From: Calditrichia bacterium
Lineage (GTDB): Bacteria > Calditrichota > Calditrichia > JAJRVZ01
Direction: 5' to 3'
NCBI GenBank assembly: GCA_963796965.1
Contig: CAWCNS010000005.1
Coordinates: forward strand, 960,001 to 1,024,000
Length of the DNA: 64,000 bases
Shown here: in pieces, positions 54,413-64,000 of the stretch
Layout of the letters: every line of letters starts with the position of its first letter
Numbering within the stretch: position 1 is the stretch's first letter
Translations under genes and position numbers: made by a program
The notes under the pieces: model-generated
Told to the model about the DNA's origin: nothing
Seen by the model: only the letters and a program-made list of their open reading frames with translations
Databases searched by the model: none

Positions 54413-55417
54413 TTAATTATCGAAAGGGAATATTTTCTTCCAATCATTTTTCATACTCACTACATGCCAGTTACCTTCTTGGGCAGCATTTAACGATTTG
54501 TTATCTTTTTCAGCATAGGCAAACTCACGTACATCATCGTCATGATTGACCAAAAACTGAAAATTGGGTAGTGTGTTTGTTTGGCTATAGGTCAGTTGTC
54601 CTATGTCACCTCCACTACGTACATTGCCTCCAACAAAGATTGGGATACGACCAATTCGCTGCTCAATTGTCGCAGGCTTAGTTCCCTTATCGTTCATAAA
54701 AAGGTTCTTTGTCCCCTTTACAATCTCCCATTTACCATCAACTTGTTCAAAAGTATTCATGGCAAAAGTACCGATTACGTTTTCGGGTACAATACCATAA
54801 ACATCATCTGCAAAAACCCGCATAAAACTGTTGCCTCCACCGGAGCAGATATAGGTTTTAAATTCATTTTTGCGTAAATATTGTAACAATTCCAGCATAG
54901 GCTGATAAATAGTCTCCGTATACTTCTTTCCGTACTTTGGATGAGAAGAAGCATTTAGAAAAGCGTTAACATCTGCATTAAATTCTTTTAAGGTCATACC
55001 TGCATGCGTAACAGTAATGAGTTTCATTAACTCTTTGCCATGATTATTTAACAGATCATTCACCAGATATTCTTTATCACCTTCCAGAACCGATTTAAAG
55101 GGTTGCTTTTCATTCCACTCGGGATGGTCAACTGCCATTTGTTTAACTTGGTATGCCGCAAACTCTAGCTGTGGAACGGGTTGTTCACACCATAATGTGC
55201 CATCATTATCAAATGTTGCAATCCTTTCCTCAGGACTCACATATTGGGCACCCCCTTCTTTAATAACACTATTTACAAATTCAATAATAGCAGTTTTTGT
55301 AGGTCCTTCATTCCAAGAAGGTAGAGGGTTTGAAACTTCACTATCGTTCGTATTACATGAGATCAATAAAAGTGTGACACAAAAACTTAGAATGAATAAA
55401 TATTTGTTTGTTTTCAT
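54413..55417 (-). CDS. HAD-family hydrolase lipoprotein (acid-phosphatase-like)
   Basis: LISC lipobox, LPSWN, IATFDNDGTLWCEQP, YQPMLELLQYLR, HDDDVRE. Confidence 0.88.
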   Translation of the reverse strand: MKTNKYLFILSFCVTLLLISCNTNDSEVSNPLPSWNEGPTKTAIIEFVNSVIKEGGAQYVSPEERIATFDNDGTLWCEQPVPQLEFAAYQVKQMAVDHPEWNEKQPFKSVLEGDKEYLVNDLLNNHGKELMKLITVTHAGMTLKEFNADVNAFLNASSHPKYGKKYTETIYQPMLELLQYLRKNEFKTYICSGGGNSFMRVFADDVYGIVPENVIGTFAMNTFEQVDGKWEIVKGTKNLFMNDKGTKPATIEQRIGRIPIFVGGNVRSGGDIGQLTYSQTNTLPNFQFLVNHDDDVREFAYAEKDNKSLNAAQEGNWHVVSMKNDWKKIFPFDN

Positions 55418-55453
55418 TTTTTCATATCCCGATTCTATCTGGATGACATTACC

Positions 55454-55696
55454 GTGTTTAAAGTTCATAACGTATATATTGGAGTAATGGAGTATTGGAG
55501 TGTTGGAAAAAACGTTTGGTGATTATCTGTTGATCTTTTTGTATTCATTACTCCATTACTCCATCACTCCAATTTTCCAACCTTTAACCTTTGAAATCCT
55601 GGAAAGATTTCAGTCCCGAATATCGATCATCTAGGATAAGATCGTTTTTATCGGGAGAACTCTAAACCCTGAACGTTTAATATTATTTCACCAACT
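55454..55696. repeat. Intergenic module A, copy 1
   Basis: About 240 bp near-identical to 57246-57482; ggagtaatggagt..actccattactcc hairpin. Confidence 0.92.
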
Positions 55697-57227
55697 CAAT
55701 TTCACCCGGTCTCCAGGTTTTATCAAACCAGGGTTCAAGCGGACCATAAATGCGCCACAGCATATGCCAGTTTTTATCGGGAACAGTTTGTATCCAGTTT
55801 ACATCTCCTTTCGGTTTTTCATAACTGAAATAAACATCATAAGATCCATCCGCATTTTGCACAACATTTTTATCGGAACTGGTAACCCCAGGGAATGGAT
55901 AATCAGTTTGAAGTAATGATCTTGTCTGTACATCGTAAATGGTTACATCCCAGAATTGTACAGCAGGGACATTGGCTGGTATGTGTAATTTGTATTGCTT
56001 ATCTCCGGATAAATGATTGCCTTCAGAGTCGCGCATACCTTTCATGTATTGTGATCCTTTTCCAACCGGTGGAGTTACCATAGCAGGCGTGATTCCTGTC
56101 GCATAATAATGGAATCCTAATCTTTGATCGATTAAACGAACTCCATCTTTTTCAAACAAAGAGCTATTTCCAGGGAATCCTGTTTCCCAGGTCTTACTGC
56201 CAGGATAAGCTTTAAAACTCTTGTCCCGGTTTCTGTATTCATTAACACGTGAATAGGCATTCCCAACAAGGGCTGCTTCAGTTAGAATTTTTTTCATGCG
56301 TGCATCCGGTGCAAAAGTTTTCCCTTTTTCAATTCCGATGGATGCCAGGTAACCTAAAATTTCAGGGCTAAATGCTGAAGCAGGTTCTTCTTGTACGATT
56401 GCATTCACTTCTTCAAAAAACTCAAAATCGCTGGCGTGTACAGTGTTAAATGCTTTACCAGATACATTCACAAAATTTACAGATTTAGGCTGATCTCCTA
56501 ATGGATACAATTTAAAATTCTCTTTCATATTTTTTACAACAGGTTTTGGATCGAAGTTCTCCATAAACCCACGCATCACCAACCAATTTCCATAGGTAGC
56601 TGATTTTGCTACAAAATATCCATCGGGTATTTCGCCTTCATACCCCGGGGGAATTAAGAGATATTTTCCTCCTTTTCCTTGGTCAGGTCCTGCGTTTCCA
56701 TAATCGGTTACATATTGAAACCAAAAGTCATCGATCAATCCAAGGGTGTTTGGTGGTGTTTCCATTACCATGGGCCCATCTTTCAAATCAATCCACATAA
56801 AAGTGTATACAACTGTTGTATTGGGCGTAAGTAATATCACTTTAGAATCCATGCGGTCTTCCCAAATTATCATGGTTTCATTATCGGGGCCAAATTTTCG
56901 AAGGCTATTTCTAAAACCACTTAATGAAGCACCGCTTGTGGTTAAGGTAACACATTCAACTGCGCGTTGAAAATCGATTTGATCATAAAGTTTTTGAGCT
57001 GTTTCTTCTGTAGGAAAGCCGTCATCAAAAGTTAAAGTTCCGAAACGTGTTTCTACCTTATCCGGAATCAATACATTTGCCGGGATTTCGGTGGTCATCT
57101 TATACTTCTTCTGCGCTTTTGGTGTTGACGACTGCTCAACGCTGCAGCTCCAGACCCCCACCAGCACAAGCATAAATGCGGCAATCATGACGAATGCCAA
57201 TTGTTTTTTCGAAGATCTTCTCTTCAT
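55683..57227 (-). CDS. DUF1254/DUF1214 lipoprotein (paralog 4)
   Basis: VWSC lipobox, LTPNTTVVY, GPDQGKGGKYLLIPPGY, FWDVTIYD, WRIYGPL. Confidence 0.92.
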   Translation of the reverse strand: MKRRSSKKQLAFVMIAAFMLVLVGVWSCSVEQSSTPKAQKKYKMTTEIPANVLIPDKVETRFGTLTFDDGFPTEETAQKLYDQIDFQRAVECVTLTTSGASLSGFRNSLRKFGPDNETMIIWEDRMDSKVILLTPNTTVVYTFMWIDLKDGPMVMETPPNTLGLIDDFWFQYVTDYGNAGPDQGKGGKYLLIPPGYEGEIPDGYFVAKSATYGNWLVMRGFMENFDPKPVVKNMKENFKLYPLGDQPKSVNFVNVSGKAFNTVHASDFEFFEEVNAIVQEEPASAFSPEILGYLASIGIEKGKTFAPDARMKKILTEAALVGNAYSRVNEYRNRDKSFKAYPGSKTWETGFPGNSSLFEKDGVRLIDQRLGFHYYATGITPAMVTPPVGKGSQYMKGMRDSEGNHLSGDKQYKLHIPANVPAVQFWDVTIYDVQTRSLLQTDYPFPGVTSSDKNVVQNADGSYDVYFSYEKPKGDVNWIQTVPDKNWHMLWRIYGPLEPWFDKTWRPGEIELVK

Positions 57228-57245
57228 TTTTAATTCCTCCTTTTG

Positions 57246-57482
57246 GTGTTTAAAGTTCATAACGTATATATTGGAGTAATGGAGTATTGGAGTGTTGGAA
57301 AAAACGTTTGGTGATTATCTGTTGATCTTTTTGTATTCATTACTCCATTACTCCATCACTCCAATTTTCCAACCTTTAACCTTTGAAATCCTGGAAGATT
57401 TCATCCCGATTCGATCTTAGGATAAGATCGTTTTTATCGGGAGAACTCTAAACCCTGAACGTTTAATATTATTTAACCAACT
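57246..57482. repeat. Intergenic module A, copy 2
   Basis: Direct repeat of 55454-55696; 57368-57461 also occurs inverted at about 31571-31668. Confidence 0.92.
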
Positions 57483-58992
57483 TCACATCATCCGGCTTCC
57501 AGGTCTTATTGTTGTAGGCATTCAGTCGGTCCATAGAATCGAACGACAGGAAACCAACCTTTACCTGGGATTGTTTGCAACCAAAACTTCTCTTTCCCTT
57601 TAGGTGGTTTTGGTCCAAAGTAAATATCAATCGAACCATCCGGATTTTTACCAGGCAACTCTTGGCTACCGATCATTGGAAATTGCTGATCTGTTTGTAG
57701 TTGGGAGCGCGTAGCAGGGTCGTAAATTGTAACTGACCAAAAGTCCTTTACCGGCACATTTGGGGGAATATGCAAAACATAATCTTTGCTTCCATCGAGG
57801 TATTGACCTTCTGCATCTTTATATCCAAACAAGTACTTTGAGCCAACACCTTCAGGCATTGGTGCAGCCATAGCAGGTGTAATTACAATCGCTCCATAAT
57901 GAAACAAACTTCGTGCATCCAGATTTCTATACCCATTTTTCTCAAACTCGGAACTGCCACCTATAAACACAGTTTCCCATTGTCGGTCCGAATATTCTTT
58001 TACATCTGGATCTCTGCTGTCAAAAGTGTTGGTTCTGGCCATGGCTACAGCGAGTTTTGCTGCCTGCTCGAAAATATGCTGCATGCGGGCATCCGGATTA
58101 AAAGGCTTGCCTTTCTCAATCCCTAAGGAAGCCAATCTTCCCAATAGTTCTTTGTTTACAAAATCAACTGGTTCATAGCTGATAATTTCATGCAGCCATC
58201 TAAAGGCTTCCCCATCTTCGGGTGCAAGTGAATTGAGGGGTATGCCGCTGATATTTGTATACGTCCCTTTGCGCCCGGGATCTTTAAGTGGATATACTTT
58301 GAGTTTACTATAGTAATCCATCGCTTCTTGTCCTTCTCCCGGATTGGCTCTAAATAGCCCCCAAAGGCGATAAGACGACGATTTAGCAACAAAATAACCT
58401 TTAGGAATTTTACCTTCATAACCAGGAGGAAGCAGTAAGTATTTACCTCCTTTACCTTTGTCCTGACCTGTAGCGCCAAAATCAACCACAAATCTAAAAT
58501 AGGCATCATCCAAAGGGCCCATTACCCCTGCAGGAACTTCAATCACAAGAGGACCATCTTTTTTCAAATCGAGGGTTAACATGGCATAAATGCTATTGGC
58601 ATTTCCTGTCAGCCAAAGCGGTTCAGAATCCATTCTGTTGGCAAATACCAATACATCCGATGAGTTGGTGGCACCATAATCACGTACTTGCGCCTTCAAG
58701 ATACCATGTATCGACAAGGCAGGAATGAAATCATAGTAAGCTTGTGTAGCTCGTTGCAGATCCATTTGATACTGCACTTTTTCAATTGTTTCTGGTGTTG
58801 GGTATCCACCACCTTTAAATTCCAATGTTCCAAAATCGGTGTAAATTCTGGATGGGGCAGGCACAAAATCTTCTGATGATTGCTTTGCTTTCCCTTTTTC
58901 CAGTTCATAGATTGTTTTATCCTCCTGTGCTTGCACAGTTACCATAAAGCTGGTTAGTAACAAACAGACCAAAATATTTCATTTTATTTCAT
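57469..58992 (-). CDS. DUF1254/DUF1214 exported protein (paralog 5); frameshifts at both ends
   Basis: MDLQRATQAY, LTGNANSIY, GQDKGKGGKYLLLPPGY, FWSVTIYD, RFYGP. Confidence 0.9.
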
Positions 58993-59016
58993 TTTACTTT
59001 TCCTATAGTTAATATT

Positions 59017-60498
59017 CTATTTTTTAAACTTAGTCATGCTGAATGCTGGTGGATTGGGATATTTTTCCAGTGACTTCTGGTATTCGCCAACAATCTTCAT
59101 ATACGGTCCGAGCACAAAGGCAGAGACTGCAACCTGGTTCCATTGTTCCCGTGGATCACGGGCAATGTTGTAGATAGAAGGATACCCCATCCCCTCGGCA
59201 CGATAGGCGCCCACGCCCATGAGGGACGGGTTGCCAGCAGATGCAACGAATTGCTTTGGATAAATCCGCCACTGCTTCCAGCGCACTGCAGCAACCTCGC
59301 CTTCCATGAACGTGATCAGGCTTTCGCGCGCTGACTGCTTGTTTTTGCCTAGGAAGAAATCACCCTGATCGACGCCATCAATGGCACGGTCAGTTGGTAC
59401 TTTGGCCCCGATAATGTTGGCCAATGTAGGGTAGAAGTCGTGGATAGCTACCATCTCGTTGCTCTTTGCCGGTTTGATCTTTGCTGGCCATTTGATCATG
59501 CCCGGAACGCGCAGTGAACCCTCAAGTGCATCACCAACCTCTCCACGGAACGGTCCGGCTGAACTGCCTAAGAAATCGTTGTTGGACCCCTGGGTTGTAG
59601 CCGGCCCATTGTCGGAAAGCCATATGACGATAGTGTTGTCTTCAATGCCGGCCTCCTTTATGGCGTCAAGCACCTGTCCTGTACGGTAGTCAAGTTCCAT
59701 CACTGCATCACCAAAAAGCCCGGCACTCGATTTCCCTTCAAAGTCGGGATGAGGCAAGGCCGGATAATGTACATGTGACCATCCCACATAAAGAAAGAAT
59801 GGTTCCTTTTCTTTTGCCTGTTCTTTGATGTACTTCACGGAGGCTTCCGCTATGTCACCTTCGATATGCCGCCTGTATTCAAGATCGTAGGGACGGACCT
59901 TTTTCAACACATCCTTCCCGGGTTCTGATTCCCAGATAGCGGTTTGCGATTTGGCAATTGCTTCTTCCGAAAAACCGCTTCTACGCATACCATCCGGATA
60001 CAATACACCGTCGGTGGTTTGTAAAATCCCAACATGCCATTCATCAAAGCCCTGGTTAATGGGCAGACTTTGCTTTTCTTCACCCAGATGCCATTTACCC
60101 GTCATGGCAGTGGCGTAGCCTTTTGATTTGAACAGTTCGGCCAGCGTCACCTCACTATCCTGAAGTGTGCTGGGTGTACCGGCAATAATAATACTTCCCA
60201 ATCCTGCACGTTGAGAATATCTGCCTGTCAGCAAAGCCGCGCGGGTCGGTGTACAGCCCGGCTCCACGAAAAACTGAGTGAGCATCATCCCTTCGCTTGC
60301 CAGTTGATCAATGCGCGGCGTGGGCATACCACGAAGTTCACCACCGCTGCCATAGCATCCTAAATCACCGTAGCCCATGTTGTCTGACAGCATAAGCACC
60401 ACATTGGGTTTACTACTTTGCTGTGCTTGCATTGGAATAGCGATTCCGATAATAAACAAGCAAACTAATCCTATACTTAATCTTTTTTGTGTTTTCAT
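59017..60498 (-). CDS. Cys-type arylsulfatase, exported
   Basis: KPNVVLMLSDNMGYGD, CTPTRAALLTGRY (CxPxR), GKWHLG, SDNGP. Confidence 0.93.
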   Translation of the reverse strand: MKTQKRLSIGLVCLFIIGIAIPMQAQQSSKPNVVLMLSDNMGYGDLGCYGSGGELRGMPTPRIDQLASEGMMLTQFFVEPGCTPTRAALLTGRYSQRAGLGSIIIAGTPSTLQDSEVTLAELFKSKGYATAMTGKWHLGEEKQSLPINQGFDEWHVGILQTTDGVLYPDGMRRSGFSEEAIAKSQTAIWESEPGKDVLKKVRPYDLEYRRHIEGDIAEASVKYIKEQAKEKEPFFLYVGWSHVHYPALPHPDFEGKSSAGLFGDAVMELDYRTGQVLDAIKEAGIEDNTIVIWLSDNGPATTQGSNNDFLGSSAGPFRGEVGDALEGSLRVPGMIKWPAKIKPAKSNEMVAIHDFYPTLANIIGAKVPTDRAIDGVDQGDFFLGKNKQSARESLITFMEGEVAAVRWKQWRIYPKQFVASAGNPSLMGVGAYRAEGMGYPSIYNIARDPREQWNQVAVSAFVLGPYMKIVGEYQKSLEKYPNPPAFSMTKFKK

Positions 60499-60660
60499 AT
60501 TAATTTCTCTTTTTAGTGTTTAATATTCATAACTTATATATTGGAGTAATGGAGTATTGGAGTGTTGGGAAGAACATACGTTGCATCTCTGCAAATTTTA
60601 TAGATATCTTCACCACATTACTCCACTACTCCAAAACGCCATTAAAACAATCACATAGAC
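60494..60660. repeat. Intergenic module B, copy 1
   Basis: Near-identical to 62175-62341; shares the gttcataac-tatattggagtaatggagt core with module A. Confidence 0.9.
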
Positions 60661-60662
60661 AG

Positions 60663-62179
60663 TTATTTAACCAACTCAATCTCACCGACTCGCCAGGTCT
60701 GGTCCAGCCAGGGCTGAAGCGGGCCGTACACACGCCAGGCAACGAACCAGGCCTTGCCCGGAATCGTCTGCAGCCAGTTGCTTTCTTGTCCTTTAGGTGG
60801 CTTGGGTGAGAAATAGACGTCGATCGAGCCATCGGCGTTCTTCTTCATGCCTTCCTTATAGCTGTCCAGGGTCGGGAACTGCTGATCAGTTTGCAACTGA
60901 CAACGGGTCTGTGTGTCGTACATGGTCAATGCCCAGAAATCTTTCACAGGGATGTTCGGGGGCAAGTGCAATTTGTAGGTTTTTGAGCCGTCCAGCGGAC
61001 GACCTTTAGAATCCACCATGCCCATGGAATAATCGGAACCTTTGCCGGCCGCCTTGCTCGACATAGCCGGAGATACGCAGATGTAACCAAAGTGGTAGAA
61101 CACCCGTCCATCGAGAACGCGCGCGCCCTTGTCCATATAAATGGTGCTTCCACCAATAATGGGCTGGTACCATCCGCTGTTCTTGCCGTAGGTATAGAGG
61201 CCAGGGTGCCGTGGTGAGAAGCTGATGGCACGGGCTGCAGTGTTACCGATGGCAGCGGCGTCAACCAGAATATCGGTCATCCTTTTATCTGTCGGGAAGG
61301 GTTTGTCCTTCTCAATGCCAATGGAAGCCAACTGACCGCTGATCTCAGCACCAAGAAAGCCTGCCGGTTCTTCCTGAAGGATGGCGTGAACATTCTTAAA
61401 GAGGGAAAAATCATTCGGCAGAACAGTTTGGATCTCTTTACCCGTGCCATTGATGAATTCCATTTTCGGCTGATTATCCTTTTTGCAAAGGATACACTTT
61501 CAGATTGTTCCTGAATTTTTTCGAAGCCGCCTCGATACCTTTATCAAGATAGCCCCGCATGAAATAGCCAGGCACCATAAGTGTTTGACTGCACAACATA
61601 ATACCCGGCTGGCACAGTACCTTTATAATCAGGTGGGAAACCAGGAAACTGGCCGCCTTTGCCCTTGTCCGGACCTGCCATACCTAGATCGGTCATATAG
61701 AGGAACGCCATATCGTCCAGAATACCCAGCATGCGAGGAGGAAGGTCAACGACTGATGGACCGTCTTTTTTAAGTCCAGCCAGCCCATCGCGTACATGGT
61801 TGATGTGTTTGCTGTTAGCCAGAGCGCTTTTGAATCCAAAGATTATCGTAGATCAATGATCTTATGTACTGCATCATACCCCGAATTCCCGGTTACCTTC
61901 CCGAATCCCGTACATCGACATGACCGGGATGCAGTTAAGGAAAGATTCAACTGCACGGGAGCGATCGAGATAATCATACACTTTATCGACCGAAGCTTCA
62001 TCAGGCACGCCGTCAAAGAATTTCATAGTGCCAATAGAGGTTTTCAACTTGTCCGGGGCTTTGATAGATGCCGGAGTGTCGGTGGTCATTTTATACTTTT
62101 TCTGCGCATAAACACTTGTCATTAAACCCGTTAATAATATCAGGGAAATAACCAGTGTTAATATTTGTTTAACTTTCAT
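60663..62179 (-). CDS. DUF1254/DUF1214 exported protein (paralog 6); several frameshifts
   Basis: KYKMTT, FFDGVP, GPDKGKGG, LPPNIPVKDFWALTMYD, WRVYGPL. Confidence 0.88.
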
Positions 62180-62341
62180 TTTAATTTCTCCTTTTGGTGT
62201 TTAAAGTTCATAACTTATATATTGGAGTAATGGAGTATTGGCGTGTTGGGAAGAACATATGTTGCATCTCTGCAAATTTTATAGATATCTTCACCACATT
62301 ACTCCACTACTCCAAAACTCCATTAAAACAATCACATAGAC
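62175..62341. repeat. Intergenic module B, copy 2
   Basis: Direct repeat of 60494-60660. Confidence 0.9.
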
Positions 62342-62343
62342 TG

Positions 62344-63864
62344 TTAATTCACTTTAACAATCTCACCCTGTCTCCATCCTTTGTCGTACCAGACCTGGGT
62401 TGGGCTATAAACTCTCCAAAGTACATTCCAACCTTTATTAGGTATGGTTTGCACCCAGTTTACATTACCTTCTGGTTTTTCTGGGCCAAAATATACGTCC
62501 CATGTACCATCCGCATTAGTAACAAGGTTCTCCTGAATGCTGGTAACTCCAGGTAAGCGCTGATCGGTTTGCAACATGCAACGTGTTTGGTTATCGTATA
62601 CGGTAATTTCCCAAAAGCGTTTAACAGGCGGGTTGGCAGGAACATGTAGTTTATACGTATTAGATCCATCTAAGATTTCGCCGTCAGAATCGCGTAAACC
62701 AATTACATACTGCGAACCTGCACCTACAGGTGGTTTTACCATTACAGGCGTAATACCGGTTGCATAATAATGGAAACGTGTACGCTCATTGATTAAACGA
62801 ACACCATGGTTATCAAAGGCATGGCTACCACCGGCAAAACCAAGTTCCCAACTTTTACTTCCAGGCCAAATCACAACATTATCGTTACGATTGCGCCAGA
62901 TTATGGAACGCTGAGTAGCGGTACCGACAACAGCTGCTTCGCTTAATATTTTAGTCATTCTGGCATCTGGCTTAAACTCTTTCCCTTTTTCGATGCCAAT
63001 TGAAGCAAGCATTCCCAATACTTCAGGATCAAATGCTTCGTTATTTTCTTCTTGAACCACTTCATTCACTTCGTGGAAAAATGTAATATCTTGTGCATGT
63101 AAAGTATTGAGGTATTTGTTCGATACATCATAATACTTAACAGGCTTTGGATTTGCTTTTTCAGCTAAAGGATATACCTTAAGATTATCTTTTATGTTTT
63201 TAACAACAGCTGCGTTGTCATCGCCTTTAGGGAAGCCTCTTAGCGCAAACCAGTTACCATAGGTATTTGATTTTCTAACCAAATAGCCTTCAGGAATTTC
63301 GCCTTCATAGTTTGGAGGAAGTATCAGGTATTTACCACCTTTTCCACGGTCTTCGCCAGCATTTCCTATATCAGTTACATAGTGAAACCAGAAGTCATCC
63401 AGAATGGCTAATACATTTGATGGGTTCTCCAACACAACAGGACCATTTTTGGTATCAATCCACATGAATAGGTAAATCACGGTTGTATTACCTGTTAATA
63501 AGAGTCCCTTGGAATCCAGGCGGGATTCCCAAATAATGGCTGTTTCATTATCAGGGCCAAACTCCCTTATCCCTCTACGAAATCCAGCCAAAGAGGCTGC
63601 AGGAGTGGTCATGATCATACATTCCACAGCTCGCGAAAAATCCTGATTATCCCAGATTAGCTGGGAGGTTTTAGCAGTGGGCACACCATCAAAAAATTCT
63701 AGAGTTCCCAAACGTGTTTCTACCTTATCCGGAATTAAAACATTTTCCGGAATCTGGGTAGTCATTTTGTACTTTTTTACCGGTTTCTGCGATTGCGAAT
63801 TATCACAACCGATAACCAGCAGCAACATTGCTGTCATTAAGGTGATGGTTAATAAAGTTTTCAT
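62344..63864 (-). CDS. DUF1254/DUF1214 lipoprotein (paralog 7)
   Basis: VIGC lipobox, LTGNTTVIY, GEDRGKGGKYLILPPNY, FWEITVYD, WRVYSP. Confidence 0.92.
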   Translation of the reverse strand: MKTLLTITLMTAMLLLVIGCDNSQSQKPVKKYKMTTQIPENVLIPDKVETRLGTLEFFDGVPTAKTSQLIWDNQDFSRAVECMIMTTPAASLAGFRRGIREFGPDNETAIIWESRLDSKGLLLTGNTTVIYLFMWIDTKNGPVVLENPSNVLAILDDFWFHYVTDIGNAGEDRGKGGKYLILPPNYEGEIPEGYLVRKSNTYGNWFALRGFPKGDDNAAVVKNIKDNLKVYPLAEKANPKPVKYYDVSNKYLNTLHAQDITFFHEVNEVVQEENNEAFDPEVLGMLASIGIEKGKEFKPDARMTKILSEAAVVGTATQRSIIWRNRNDNVVIWPGSKSWELGFAGGSHAFDNHGVRLINERTRFHYYATGITPVMVKPPVGAGSQYVIGLRDSDGEILDGSNTYKLHVPANPPVKRFWEITVYDNQTRCMLQTDQRLPGVTSIQENLVTNADGTWDVYFGPEKPEGNVNWVQTIPNKGWNVLWRVYSPTQVWYDKGWRQGEIVKVN

Positions 63865-64000
63865 TTTTGTTTCTCCTTGTTTATAATTCTATAGTTCTAA
63901 ATTCAATAGAGTTCAGAGTTCAAAGTTAGTCCTGAAAGTTTTGAAGTGTATTGGTAATGAACTTGTTAGATCTATCCTTGAACTTTTGACAATTCATTGG

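Noticed and set aside
55454..62341. Integron cassette array
   Set aside because: No integrase and no recognisable RYYYAAC..GTTRRRY attC architecture
35670..63864. Diversity-generating retroelement or shufflon acting on DUF1254 genes
   Set aside because: No reverse transcriptase or invertase, no adenine-specific TR/VR pair noticed, all genes co-oriented

Overview
64 kb of a low-GC, Gram-negative bacterial genome (lipid A acyltransferase, TonB receptor, porins); almost all genes lie on the minus strand. Many genes are split by single-base frameshifts, most simply explained as long-read indel errors. Four zones: (1) 1-17.7 kb: CobW-type GTPase, a URO-D/MtaA-family protein fused to thioredoxin-like domains, and carbohydrate-related genes (sulfatase, YhcH, TonB receptor, FG-GAP protein, GH78 rhamnosidase, MBL hydrolase, beta-helix protein). 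(2) 18.2-23.7 kb: a candidate salt-response module: two MpsC/DUF2294 genes separated by a probable Na+-sensing (DUF1646-type) ON riboswitch, two DksA/TraR paralogs, a 39-aa membrane peptide, a KamA-type aminomutase lacking the lysine-binding aspartates, and an APC permease fused to EIIA and RCK_C domains. (3) 24-26.8 kb: HicAB plus decayed IS copies. (4) 27.8-64 kb: an island with seven DUF1254/DUF1214 paralogs, three porins, three amidohydrolases, a sulfatase, a HAD hydrolase and a MalT-like regulator, carrying a four-copy phased operator/promoter motif, direct-repeat-flanked gene cassettes and two paralogous candidate small RNAs. No rRNA, tRNA or CRISPR array was seen. All family calls are from motif recognition by eye, not database searches.
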